Positions 14,440 through 25,954 of a DNA stretch of 64,000 nucleotides are shown here, in pieces. The stretch spans positions 22,630,001-22,694,000 of the forward strand of contig CM126230.1 of the NCBI GenBank assembly GCA_052327205.1, written 5' to 3'. How positions within the stretch are numbered: position 1 is the first letter of the stretch; every line of letters begins with the position of its first letter. The notes under the pieces are model-generated. The model was not told the DNA's origin. It saw nothing but the letters and a program-made list of their open reading frames with translations, and searched no databases. This DNA is from Somniosus microcephalus. Taxonomy: Eukaryota. The translations under genes and the position numbers were made by a program.

Positions 14440-17400
14440 CTCCTCTTTCTCCCACTCCCTCCCTAACCCCCACCCCTCTCTCTCACCCAACCCCCCTCTC
14501 TCTTCCCCCCCCACCCCCCCTCGCCCTTCCCCCCCACCCCCCTCTCTTTCACCCACCCCCTCTCTCTTCCCCCCCCCCCCACCCCCCTCTCTCTTCCCCC
14601 CCCACCCCCCTCTCTCTTCCCCCCCCACCCCCCTCTCTCTTCCCCCCCCACCCCCCTCTCTCTTCCCCCCCCCACCCCCCTCTCTCTTCCCCCCCCACCC
14701 CCCTCTCTCTTCCCCCCCCACCCCCCTCTCTCTTCCCCCCCCCCACCCCCCTCTCTCTTCCCCCCACTCGCGCTCTCTCTCTCCCCCCACTCGCGCTCTC
14801 TCTCTTCCCCCACTCGCGCTCTCTCTCTTCCCCCACCCCCGCTCTCTCTCCCTTCCCCCACTCGCGCTCTCTCTCTTCCCCCACCCCCGCTCTCTCTCCC
14901 CCACTCGCGCTCTCTCTCTTCCCCCACCCCCTCTCTCCCCCCCACCCCCTCTCTCCCCCCCACCCCCTCTCTCCCCCCCACCCCCTCTCTCCCCCCCACC
15001 CCCTCTCTCCCCCCCACCCCCTCTCTCCCCCCCACCCCCTCTCTCCCCCCCACCCCCTCTCTCCCCCCCACCCCCTCTCTCCCCCCCACCCCCTCTCTCC
15101 CCCCCACCCCCTCTCTCCCCCCCACCCCCTCTCTCCCCCCCACCCCCTCTCTCCCCCCCACCCCCTCTCTCCCCCCCACCCCCTCTCTCCCCCCCACCCC
15201 CTCTCTCCCCCCCACCCCCTCTCTCCCTTCCCCCCACCCCCTCTCTCTCTTCCCCCCCGCCCCTCTCTCTCTTCCCCCCCCGCCCCTCTCTCTCTTCCCC
15301 CCCGCCCCTCTCTCTCTTCCCCCCCGCCCCTCTCTCTCTTCCCCCCCGCCCCTCTCTCTCTTCCCCCCCGCCCCTCTCTCTCTTCCCCCCCGCCCCTCTC
15401 TCTCTTCCCCCCCGCCCCTCTCTCTCTTCCCCCCCGCCCCTCTCTCTCTTCCCCCCGCCCCTCTCTCTCTTCCCCCCGCCCCTCTCTCTCTTCCCCCCGC
15501 CCCTCTCTCTCTTCCCCCCGCCCCTCTCTCTCTTCCCCCCGCCCCTCTCTCTCTTCCCCCCGCCCCTCTCCCTCTTCCCCCCGCCCCTCTCTCTTCCCCC
15601 GCCCCTCTCTCTCTTCCCCCCGCCCCTCTCTCTCTTCCCCCCGCCCCTCTCTCTCTCTCTCTCCCCCCGCCCCTCTCTCTCTTCCCCCCGCCCCTCTCTC
15701 TCTTCCCCCCGCCCTTCTCTCTCTTCCCCCCGCCCTTCTCTCTCTTCCCCCCGCCCTTCTCTCTCTTCCCCCCGCCCCTCTCTCTCTTCCCCCCGCCCCT
15801 CTCTCTCTTCCCCCCCGCCCCTCTCTCTCTTCCCCCCCGCCCCTCTCTCTCTTCCCCCCCGCCCCTCTCTCTCTTCCCCCCGCCCCTCTCTCTCTTCCCC
15901 CGCCCCTCTCTCTCTTCCCCCCTCCCCTCTCTCTCTTCCCCCCCGCCCCTCTCTCTCTTCCCCCCCGCCCCTCTCTCTCTTCCCCCCCGCCCCTCTCTCT
16001 CTTCCCCCCCGCCCCTCTCTCTCTTCCCCCCGCCCCTCTCTCTCTTCCCCCCGCCCCTCTCTCTCTTCCCCCGCCCCTCTCTCTCTTCCCCCCGCCCCTC
16101 TCTCTCTTCCCCCCGCCCCTCTCTCTCTTCCCCCCGCCCCTCTCTCTCTTCCCCCCGCCCCTCTCCCTCTTCCCCCGCCCCTCTCTCTTCCCCCCGCCCC
16201 TCTCTCTCTTCCCCCCGCCCCTCTCTCTCTTCCCCCCGCCCCTCTCTCTCTTCCCCCCGCCCCTCTCTCTCTTCCCCCCGCCCCTCTCTCTCTTCCCCCG
16301 CCCCTTCTCTCTCTTCCCCCCGCCCCTCTCTCTCTTCCCCCCGCCCCTCTCTCTCTTCCCCCGCCACTCTCTCTCTTCCCCCCGCCCCTCTCTCTCTTCC
16401 CCCCGCCCCTCTCTCTCTTCCCCCGCCCCTCTCTCTCTTCCCCCCGCCCCTCTCTCTCTTCCCCCCGCCCCTCTCTCTCTTCCCCCGCCCCTCTCTCTCT
16501 TCCCCCCGCCCCTCTCTCTCTTCCCCCGCCCCTCTCTCTCTTCCCCCCGCCCCTCTCTCTCTTCCCCGCCCCTCTCTCCCCCGCCCCTCTCTCTCTTCCC
16601 CCCGCCCCTCTCTCTCTTCCCCCCGCCCCTCTCTCTCTTCCCCCCGCCCCTCTCTCTCTTCCCCCCGCCCCTCTCTCTCTTCCCCCCGCCCCTCTCTCTC
16701 TTCCCCCCGCCCCTCTCTCTCTTCCCCCCGCCCCTCTCTCTCTTCCCCCCGCCCCTCTCTCTCTTCCCCCCGCCCCTCTCTCTCTTCCCCCCGCCCCTCT
16801 CTCTCTTCCCCCCGCCCCTCTCTCTCTTCCCCCGCCCCCTCTCTCTCTTCCCCCCGCCCCTCTCTCTCTTCCCCCCGCCCCTCTCTCTCTTCCCCCCGCC
16901 CCTCTCTCTCTTCCCCCCGCCCCTCTCTCTCTTCCCCCCGCCCCTCTCTCTCTTCCCCCCGCCCCTCTCTCTCTTCCCCCCGCCCCTCTCTCTCTTCCCC
17001 CCGCCCCTCTCTCTCTTCCCCCCGCCCCTCTCTCTCTTCCCCCCGCCCCTCTCTCTCTTCCCCCCGCCCCTCTCTCTCTTCCCCCCGCCCCTCTCTCTCT
17101 TCCCCCCGCCCCTCTCTCTCTTCCCCCCGCCCCTCTCTCTCTTCCCCCCGCCCCTCTCTCTCTTCCCCCCGCCCCTCTCTCTCTTCCCCCCGCCCCTCTC
17201 TCTCTTCCCCCCGCCCCCTCTCTCTCTTCCCCCCGCCCCCTCTCTCTCTTCCCCCCGCCCCCTCTCTCTCTTCCCCCCGCCCCTCTCTCTCTTCCCCCCG
17301 CCCCCCTCTCTCTTCCCCCCGCCCCCCTCTCTCTTCCCCCCGCCCCCCTCTCTCTTCCCCCCGCCCCCCTCTCTCTTCCCCCCGCCCCCTCTCTCTTCCC

Positions 17401-19089
17401 CCCGCCCCCCTCTCTCTTCCCCCCGCCCCCCTCTCTCTTCCCCCCGCCCCCCTCTCTCTTCCCCCCGCCCCCCTCTCTCTTCCCCCCGCCCCCCTCTCTC
17501 TTCCCCCCGCCCCCCTCTCTCTTCCCCCCGCCCCCCTCTCTCTTCCCCCCGCCCCCCTCTCTCTTCCCCCCGCCCCCCTCTCTCTTCCCCCCGCCCCCCT
17601 CTCTCTTCCCCCCGCCCCCCTCTCTCTTCCCCCCGCCCCCCTCTCTCTTCCCCCGCCCCCTCTCTCTTCCCCCCGCCCCCCTCTCTCTTCCCCCCGCCCC
17701 TCTCTCTCTTCCCCCCGCCCCTCTCTCTCTTCCCCCCGCCCCTCTCTCTCTTCCCCCCGCCCCTCTCTCTCTTCCCCCGCCCCTCTCTCTCTTCCCCCGC
17801 CCCTCTCTCTCTTCCCCCCGCCCCTCTCTCTCTTCCCCCCGCCCCTCTCTCTCTTCCCCCCGCCCCTCTCTCTCTTCCCCCCGCCCCTCTCTCTCTTCCC
17901 CCCGCCCCTCTCTCTCTTCCCCCCGCCCCTCTCTCTCTTCCCCCCGCCCCTCTCTCTCTTCCCCCCGCCCCTCTCTCTCTTCCCCCGCCCCTCTCTCTCT
18001 TCCCCCGCCCCTCTCTCTCTTCCCCCCGCCCCTCTCTCTCTTCCCCCCGCCCCTCTCTCTCTTCCCCCCGCCCCTCTCTCTCTTCCCCCCGCCCCTCTCT
18101 CTCTTCCCCCCGCCCCTCTCTCTCTTCCCCCCGCCCCTCTCTCTCTTCCCCCCGCCCCTCTCTCTCTTCCCCCCGCCCCTCTCTCTCTTCCCCCCGCCCC
18201 TCTCTCTCTTCCCCCCGCCCCTCTCTCTCTTCCCCCCGCCCCTCTCTCTCTTCCCCCCGCCCCTCTCTCTCTTCCCCCCGCCCCTCTCTCTCTTCCCCCC
18301 GCCCCTCTCTCTCTTCCCCCCGCCCCTCTCTCTCTTCCCCCCGCCCCTCTCTCTCTTCCCCCCGCCCCTCTCTCTCTTCCCCCCGCCCCTCTCTCTCTTC
18401 CCCCCGCCCCTCTCTCTCTTCCCCCCGCCCCTCTCTCTCTTCCCCCCGCCCCTCTCTCTCTTCCCCCGCCCCTCTCTCTCTTCCCCCCGCCCCTCTCTCT
18501 CTTCCCCCCGCCCCTCTCTCTCTTCCCCCCGCCCCTCTCTCTCTTCCCCCCGCCCCTCTCTCTCTTCCCCCCGCCCCTCTCTCTCTTCCCCCCGCCCCTC
18601 TCTCTCTTCCCCCCGCCCCTCTCTCTCTTCCCCCCGCCCCTCTCTCTCTTCCCCCCGCCCCTCTCTCTCTTCCCCCCGCCCCTCTCTCTCTTCCCCCCGC
18701 CCCTCTCTCTTCCCCCCGCCCCTCTCTCTCTTCCCCCCGCCCCTCTCTCTCTTCCCCCCGCCCCTCTCTCTCTTCCCCCCGCCCCTCTCTCTCTTCCCCC
18801 CGCCCCTCTCTCTCTTCCCCCCGCCCCTCTCTCTCTTCCCCCCGCCCCTCTCTCTCTTCCCCCCGCCCCTCTCTCTCTTCCCCCGCCCCTCTCTCTCTTC
18901 CCCCGCCCCTCTCTCTCTTCCCCCCGCCCCTCTCTCTCTTCCCCCCGCCCCTCTCTCTCTTCCCCCCGCCCCTCTCTCTCTTCCCCCGCCCCTCTCTCTC
19001 TTCCCCCCGCCCCTCTCTCTCTTCCCCCCGCCCCTCTCTCTCTTCCCCCCGCCCCTCTCTCTCTTCCCCCCGCCCCTCTCTCTCTTCCC
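14440..19089. repeat. Polypyrimidine/polypurine minisatellite, ~21-bp unit (CTTCCCCCCGCCCCTCTCTCT)n, in the MAPK8 intron between exons 8 and 9
   Basis: Direct tandem repeat; 7-aa periodicity in the ORF track; truncated by an assembly gap. Confidence 0.98.
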
Positions 19090-19589
19090 NNNNNNNNNNN
19101 NNNNNNNNNNNNNNNNNNNNNNNNNNNNNNNNNNNNNNNNNNNNNNNNNNNNNNNNNNNNNNNNNNNNNNNNNNNNNNNNNNNNNNNNNNNNNNNNNNNN
19201 NNNNNNNNNNNNNNNNNNNNNNNNNNNNNNNNNNNNNNNNNNNNNNNNNNNNNNNNNNNNNNNNNNNNNNNNNNNNNNNNNNNNNNNNNNNNNNNNNNNN
19301 NNNNNNNNNNNNNNNNNNNNNNNNNNNNNNNNNNNNNNNNNNNNNNNNNNNNNNNNNNNNNNNNNNNNNNNNNNNNNNNNNNNNNNNNNNNNNNNNNNNN
19401 NNNNNNNNNNNNNNNNNNNNNNNNNNNNNNNNNNNNNNNNNNNNNNNNNNNNNNNNNNNNNNNNNNNNNNNNNNNNNNNNNNNNNNNNNNNNNNNNNNNN
19501 NNNNNNNNNNNNNNNNNNNNNNNNNNNNNNNNNNNNNNNNNNNNNNNNNNNNNNNNNNNNNNNNNNNNNNNNNNNNNNNNNNNNNNNNN
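19090..19589. other. Assembly gap (500 N)
   Basis: Run of n. Confidence 1.
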
Positions 19590-19856
19590 AACTACCACTT
19601 TGGCGCAGCCTGCATGTACTGTGCTGAATTATTGGCAACTATTTTTAGACTTGAATGTTGCGCACTGTTCTCAACCTGTGATTTATGATTAATTTATAAT
19701 CTGCTTTCAATTAAACCATATTTCATGAAGCACTAAATAAGCAGACCATTGGGTTAACCACAGTTGTGTCCTGTTCCATGAGACTTTGTGTACTGTTTTA
19801 AACGTCTCGAGAGAGAGTAAGGATTTGTCTAACAGGATTTCAATTTATTTTTCTAG

Positions 19857-19921
19857 CCTCCACCCCAAGATATATGACAAGCAGTTAGATGAGAGGGATC
19901 ACACTATAGATGAGTGGAAAG
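19857..19921 (+). CDS. MAPK8: JNK1 coding exon 9 (apparent +1 C insertion)
   Basis: ttcTAG|CCT...AAAG|GTAAAA; encodes [21 protein letters not shown](E) only if one C of the run at 19863-19866 is removed (65 nt vs 64 needed). Confidence 0.9.
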
Positions 19922-20074
19922 GTAAAAAAATATCTTCTGAAACCAGGATTTTGGCACTGCTGAATGCTCCAAATATTCATGCACAAGAACTCCACTTGGA
20001 TTTAAAATAAAATGCGCGATTTAAAATAAAATGTGCGCGCACAGTCATGTTTAGAGAGGGGTAGCTGCTTTTTA

Positions 20075-20580
20075 AGGCTGCCCATGTCCTAACTCGCACT
20101 AAGCCCCGTTCACCCATCACCCCCTGTGCTCGCTGACCTACATTGGCTCCCGGTTAAGCAACGCCTCGATTTCAAAATTCTCATCCTTGTTTTCAAATCC
20201 CTCCATGGCCTCGCCCCTCCCCATCTCTGTAATCTCCTCCAGCCCCACAAGCCCCTCCCAAGATATCTGCGCTCCTCTAATTCTGCCCTCTTGAGCAACC
20301 ATGATTATAATTGCTCAACCTTTGGTGGCCGTGCCTTCTGTTGCCTAGGCTCTAAGCTCTAGAATTCCCTCCCTAAACCTCTCCACCTCGCTACCTCTCT
20401 TTCCTCCTTTTAAGACGCTCCTTAAAACCTACCTCTTTGACCAAGCTTTTGGTCACCTCCCCTAATTTCTCCTTATGTGGCTCGGTGTCAAATTTTTTGT
20501 CTTTTAATACTCCTGTGAAGCACCTTGGGACGTTTTACTACATTAAAGGCACTATATAAATACAAGTTGTGGTTGTTGTT
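20075..20580 (+). mobile_element. L2-type LINE 3' fragment
   Basis: LADLHWLPVKQRLDFKILILVFKSLHGLAPPHLCNLL; tail GGCACTATATAAATACAAGTTGT(TGT)n. Confidence 0.85.
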
Positions 20581-21621
20581 AATGGAGTTGCATAAACTAT
20601 CTTTCAAATGCTAACTCCAGAGCAACTAAAATCATTCATTAACAAAGGCTAAGGAAAGTGTAGGAGGGAGTACTATTTGTTCAAAGTATTTGCTCTCCCT
20701 TTTTATGAAATATAATACACTTTAAAAAATAAATGACTTCAATCTTAGTGCTGGCCTGAGCTCCTCGAGGTGGGTCTCCCTCCCAGCTGAGACATCTTAG
20801 TGACGTCAGTTAGGCAGAATATCCCAGAGCGGCTTCATTGAAGACTAAAGTGGGGGGAGGGGGGTGCAATGTTGCCTTTAATTTTTTTCTGGGTGCGCGG
20901 TCCCTTTAATGGGCTGCGTAGCCCATTCAAAATTTACCATATGTGCGAAATCTCCCATTGAAAAGCTGGTAAGCGGCCTGCGCGGCACCTCCAGGCAGCT
21001 CCGTAGCCGCGCAGCTTAGTGGGAACGTCGGTGGGGGAGTGGTGACTTCAGATTGGCCTGGGAGGTCGCAGTACAAACTAAGAACGCAAATTTGCCACCC
21101 TGTAACGGGGATTCTCTGAATCGGACAGCTCTTGGGCCAGTTTGAAGTCTCTCTGGGGCACCCAGCATGATTCCTCATAGTTGGTGTCAAACTATTTCTG
21201 TATCTTCAGGGTCAGCACTACAATTCAAGCTTTAAAAAAAAAAAGTTGAAGAAATAGCTGGCAAATATATTCATGTTATAAAAAGATGAGGTACTTCGAG
21301 CAAACTTTTTTTCCCTACTGAAGATTGGTGTGTTATATTTTCAACGATTTAAATCTCGAATTTGAAGTAGGTTGTTTTATAAATGTGTTGATTAATTGCT
21401 TTCTATTTTGTAAAATGTTTGTTGAAATAAACAGAAACCTAAAATGTTGCTACACCGAGCGGTAACCTTTTTGGAGTGTACTGTCCCACAATGCCTCATT
21501 ACAGTTGCAAATGTCTAAATATTTTCATCTCTCTGTGAAAATGTCCAGTACGTGGCCTCGGGGTTATAGTTTTTTTTTCCCCCCCCTACGCACAAAAAAA
21601 ACCTGATTCTAGGGAATGATA

Positions 21622-21850
21622 GCGAAATACTGCGGATGCTGGAAATCTGAAATAACAACAGAAAACGCTGGAAAAACTCAGCAGGCCAGGCAACATCCGT
21701 GGAGAGAGAAACAGGGTTAACGTTTCAGGTCGATGACCCTTCGTCAGAACTGGGCGAAAGGTCTTCGACCGAAGAAAGGTCTGTTTCGCTCTCCACGGAT
21801 GCTACCTGGCCTGCTGAGTTTTTTCCAGCGTTTTCTGTTGTTGTTTTCTG
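21622..21850. mobile_element. Palindromic Penelope-like (pseudo-LTR-derived) element with hammerhead motif
   Basis: Arms 21650-21715 and 21780-21846 are reverse complements; - strand has CTGACGA...GAAACGTT. Confidence 0.65.
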
Positions 21851-22035
21851 ATTCTATGGAAGCCTGCAGTGTGGCATGAGTACCAGTTGCCTCTGTCAAG
21901 GATGGGGATTTTCCGGGATGAGCACCAAAACCATTCTTAATTCTAAAACAATGCAGGTATATTAGTTTTTGCATTCTAGTGATTATATCACCCAAGTATT
22001 TCAATAAGCCAATGATTTTGATTTGTTGTCTGCAG

Positions 22036-22114
22036 AGTTGATTATATAAGGAAGTCCTGGAGTGGGAAGAGAGAATGAAGAATGGTGTTATACGAGGACA
22101 GCCACCTTCTTTAG
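22036..22114 (+). CDS. MAPK8: JNK1 coding exon 10 (apparent +1 insertion)
   Basis: tgCAG|AG...TTAG|GTTAGT; (E)[25 protein letters not shown] only if one base of ATTATAT at ~22041-22047 is removed (79 nt vs 78 needed). Confidence 0.9.
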
Positions 22115-22366
22115 GTTAGTTATTGCAAGAATATTTTGGTACAAAAAATGGCACATTTGCAATGGTAAATATCTGTCGGTCATCTACAGAGAGTTGAGAC
22201 AGACACTGAGCGTCCTCCAACCATCTCCTTCACCTAGATACAGGTTAGTTTACCTGAAATGGTTAGGAATGGGTATTGAGTTAAAGTTGACCTCTTGTTC
22301 ACCATTTAATTTGGTCTGATTCCAAATAAAGGTGCCTCATTTAAAATAAAGTCAGCGCCGCACATC

Positions 22367-22421
22367 TGACTGACTGGACTGACGGACTGGACTGACGGAC
22401 TGACTGACTGACTTGACTGAC
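22367..22421. repeat. (GACT/GACG)n microsatellite
   Basis: TGACTGACTGGACTGACGGACTGGACTGACGGACTGACTGACTGAC. Confidence 0.85.
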
Positions 22422-22788
22422 TTAATTTTAAATTCCAGGTAAATTGTTGAATAGAATCGGTAAAATTGGATCAAGAGATTGTAGCCTGTACCTTCAGTTC
22501 TTAAAACCTGGCGATGTAGATAGAACTGGCTCCAAGTGGCAGCTACAATCGGAAAAGGTCGCTTCAATTTTACAGCAAGTGGCATATTTTTACTGGTAAC
22601 CCAATAACTACCTGGGACTTAGACCAGTTACACTGTGTAAGTGTCAGGTCCTTTGGATACAGTTGCTGCAGGAAAGAGGGGAGAATGGGCAGTATTTTGC
22701 TATTGTATTAGTGTTTGGTTCACTGCCACCTCTTCTAGGAATGCTCACCTGGAAGAAGTTCTGCTCTTCTCTACATCTCCAGCTTTTT

Positions 22789-22891
22789 CCAGTTCTGATG
22801 AAGGGTCCCAGACCTGAAACATTAACTCTGATTCTCTCTCCACGGATGCTGCCTGGCCTGCTGAGTGTTTCCAGCATTTTCTGTTGTTGTT
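22789..22891 (+). mobile_element. Penelope-like pseudo-LTR fragment with hammerhead motif
   Basis: AGTTCTGATGAAGGGTCCCAGACCTGAAACATTAACT followed by CTCTCCACGGATGCTGCCTGGCCTGCTGAG; same family as 21622-21850. Confidence 0.65.
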
Positions 22892-25621
22892 ACACAATAG
22901 GTGGTGCTGGTTTACTGTTCAGTACCATTCAATAAACTGTACATAGTGCAGCACTGCCATCTGCTGGCAGTGAAACTTTACTGCAGCAACAACATTCCTT
23001 GCTTCTAGCGTCGGTAGAATGTTTTGCTTGTACAGTAGCTGGCATGTAGATAATGATAACTTGAAGTCTGTAGCTGGTTGATTACAAAGGGTGCCTTTGC
23101 CTGAAGTGTCCTTTTGCAGCATCGTCACCCTGGCCGAGACAAGAAATTGAACCTGGGACCTTCTCAGTCTTTCTTGCCCAGCTACCGACTGGATCTATTT
23201 ATCGAGCCACCAGCAATGCTGATAGCTGATTGAGGGAAGTAAGCATTTAGCCATTGGATAGCGACAGTTTGTACCACTGATTTCAAACCATTGCTTCTAA
23301 GTTTTGTTCCCCAGTGTGGGTACTCAGCAGTTAAGAACAATAAATCTGCATAGTTAAATCACAAATCCTAAATAATTTTGACACTTACAAGTGTAACTTG
23401 GCTAACTTAGAAAAAAGTTCTTATCCTAGCCCTTAGCTGAAATTTTTTTTTTTTTTTTTTTAAAAAGCAAAGAAATTCTACACATCACTGATTCCTTTCT
23501 GTCCAAGCAGGATCTTGGCACTGCAGGACCGGAGGAGCCTGTGCCAAGACCAGCAGCAGGTCCTCCAGCATCAATAGTTAAAGCAGCGGTGCCGAGGAAA
23601 AGGGAGTGTAGTGGCAGAGACCACGGGAGAAATTGAGGTCTCTGTCCCTCCACAACCTTCTGGAAAAAGAGGAGAAAAAAGCTGATCCTTGGACGCAGAG
23701 GACAACTCTGAAGAGGGACCTCTTTCTGCTGAAGAGGAGTCGGTGCTTTTGATAAATTGTGTGACCTCCTCAACCACCTGCGGGGTCCGCCCACCTCGCA
23801 GGATTGCGAGACAAACTTTTCTATCCAATCTTTCCCTTGAGTGCCTCTTAAAAGGAGGGTTCCTGCCCACAGTGGGTGCTCCACTGATGATGCGCATGAA
23901 CCAAGTGATGTATCTGTGGCCGGGTCAGGCGTCCTGGCCCGATGCAGCCGACATGGTCGAGTCTGCCTCAGCACAACTTTAAATGTCCCAGGAACTGCTC
24001 GACCTGATCCCTGACGCAAGTCAAAACACCAGTTGTTGGTGGTGGGTTGTCGGTGCTGATCAAGGGGAAGTCCCCATCTCGGGGCTTGGTGCAGGTGCCT
24101 TGGGCATGGTTCTGTTCCCCGTGACTCCCTATAGTCCGGTGTTGGAGTTACATTGCCCAGAGGCCAGAGAGAGCCCCAATGTGCTCCTGACCCTGACCCT
24201 ACAGAGGAGCCTCCTGGGGATCCCGCTGCTTTGAATCCTAAGAAAAAATAGCCTAGCTCAAATAATTGGTTTGGGTGGGGATATTTGAGGAGTAGCAGAA
24301 AGGGGCATTGCCTGTTAATTTAGCTTCACACTAGCTCTAAACCTATGGTGTTCAAGTGATTTATTGCCAAGTCACAGTACTCCAGCATGATTTTCTGGCC
24401 AGTTACTTGTACAAATGTGCCTGCCCAGTTGCCAATAGTGCTGGTTTTATTACCTCAAGTTGTTCCTCACAAATGTGTTGATGGGTTTACTGAGTACTTT
24501 TTGATGTGAAGCAGGAGGAATGTAATAGTTCTGCTCCGATTGAATATGAACTTTATCAATTAGAACTGTTTCTCTCAATAGGTTCACTACAGTTTCCATA
24601 ACGAGGCCTTGTTCGCTGTGATCTGGAAGCTGTCATTTATTATTCTGCCCGTCATAGAGTTGCATGATCCGAGGGTTAGCAGTTACCCTACTTGAATCAG
24701 CCTGTTACTGGATTAAATGTCGGTGCTACCGAGTTCACATTAAATCGGCAGGTATCACAGAGTCTTTACAGATAACAGCAACGTATTTCTGTATAGAAAT
24801 ATGAACCACAGAACATTTATCAAATAATGAATATAAAGCTTACATGCAACAAGAAAAGTCTGCAATTGGTTCATTACCCTGTACAAGATACGTCTTTTGG
24901 ATATATACAGTCTACTTTTAACTCAAAGTTGCTTAATTAAAATTATCTGATAATTTAGTTTTTTTAGCACTAAATTCCCACTTGGCTATATTATTTTTAT
25001 TGCTTATTTCTAAGCATTGAATAATTTTTTTTTTTTTTTTAAGTGCAAGAAACGGCTTTGTATTATCAGTAGTCTGTAAAGTCTGTCGGCTTTATCATCA
25101 CCGTGTCCCATTTTCAGTGACAGTTTCTGCTATCGTGCCTTGTCCTACTGGTAGGGAGTTCAAATTGAGCTGCCGTCTGAATCTGTCACCAAAATATCGG
25201 AACAACTCCTGACCTGAAGTAACTTCACAATTCCTTTGACGTCTCACCAACTAAATTTTACTTCTGACTATACAATGGCTCAATACTACATGCGGATATA
25301 TGAATGCACACACTTGCACAAGTGTGGAGCTTGACAAAATTCACAACCGTCCACTTAGCAGGAGAATAACATTTGAGGCTGCAAAGATCCAAACACCCTT
25401 CACAATCTCCCATCATTGAAGTGAACCTCTTTTAAACTGTGGATAAAAAGAAGCCATCTTCTTTCATTTTAAATTTAAGACACCTTAGTTAAATGACACT
25501 GACATAGTATTTCTTTATGTGGATGAATATGCATCAGGTGGGAATTGGTCACCGCTCTCCTGTTACTGGCACCTGAACCTGACCTTTAAATCGACTGGCC
25601 AGCTCAGCTGCTCAAGAAATA

Positions 25622-25954
25622 CAGGAAGCTTTGGTTTATCCGGAGGTTAACTGTCCGGAATGCTCGAGCCACCGGCAAAAACCAGGAGCCGTTTCGTTAG
25701 GTTTTTTTTCTTTTCGTTGCTTTTTTTTCACCAGTCAGGCTCTGCAAGGTCTCGCTGAAGCCGTTGCTAAGCTACAGAGACACTTGCAAGGTACGGCGGA
25801 CTGTTTAGAAGCTGTTGCTAAGCAACAGGGTTTGTTGCCAGATACGGAGCTCAAAATCTCCGTATGCTTCAACATTAGCGCTGGTTTGCCCGGCAGTTTT
25901 GATGGGGCGGCAACAGTTCAGTCCCGTCAGTGCCGGATAGCACAAAGTTTCCTG
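25622..25954. mobile_element. Tc1/mariner (Tigger/pogo-like) MITE, copy 1
   Basis: TA|CAGGAAGCTTTGGTTTATCCGG...CCGGATAGCACAAAGTTTCCTG|TA; TA TSD. Confidence 0.85.

Noticed and set aside
14260-19638. Three 1700-1800 aa ORFs (GR/E-rich and P/L/S-rich)
   Set aside because: Artefacts of a stop-free minisatellite plus the N gap.
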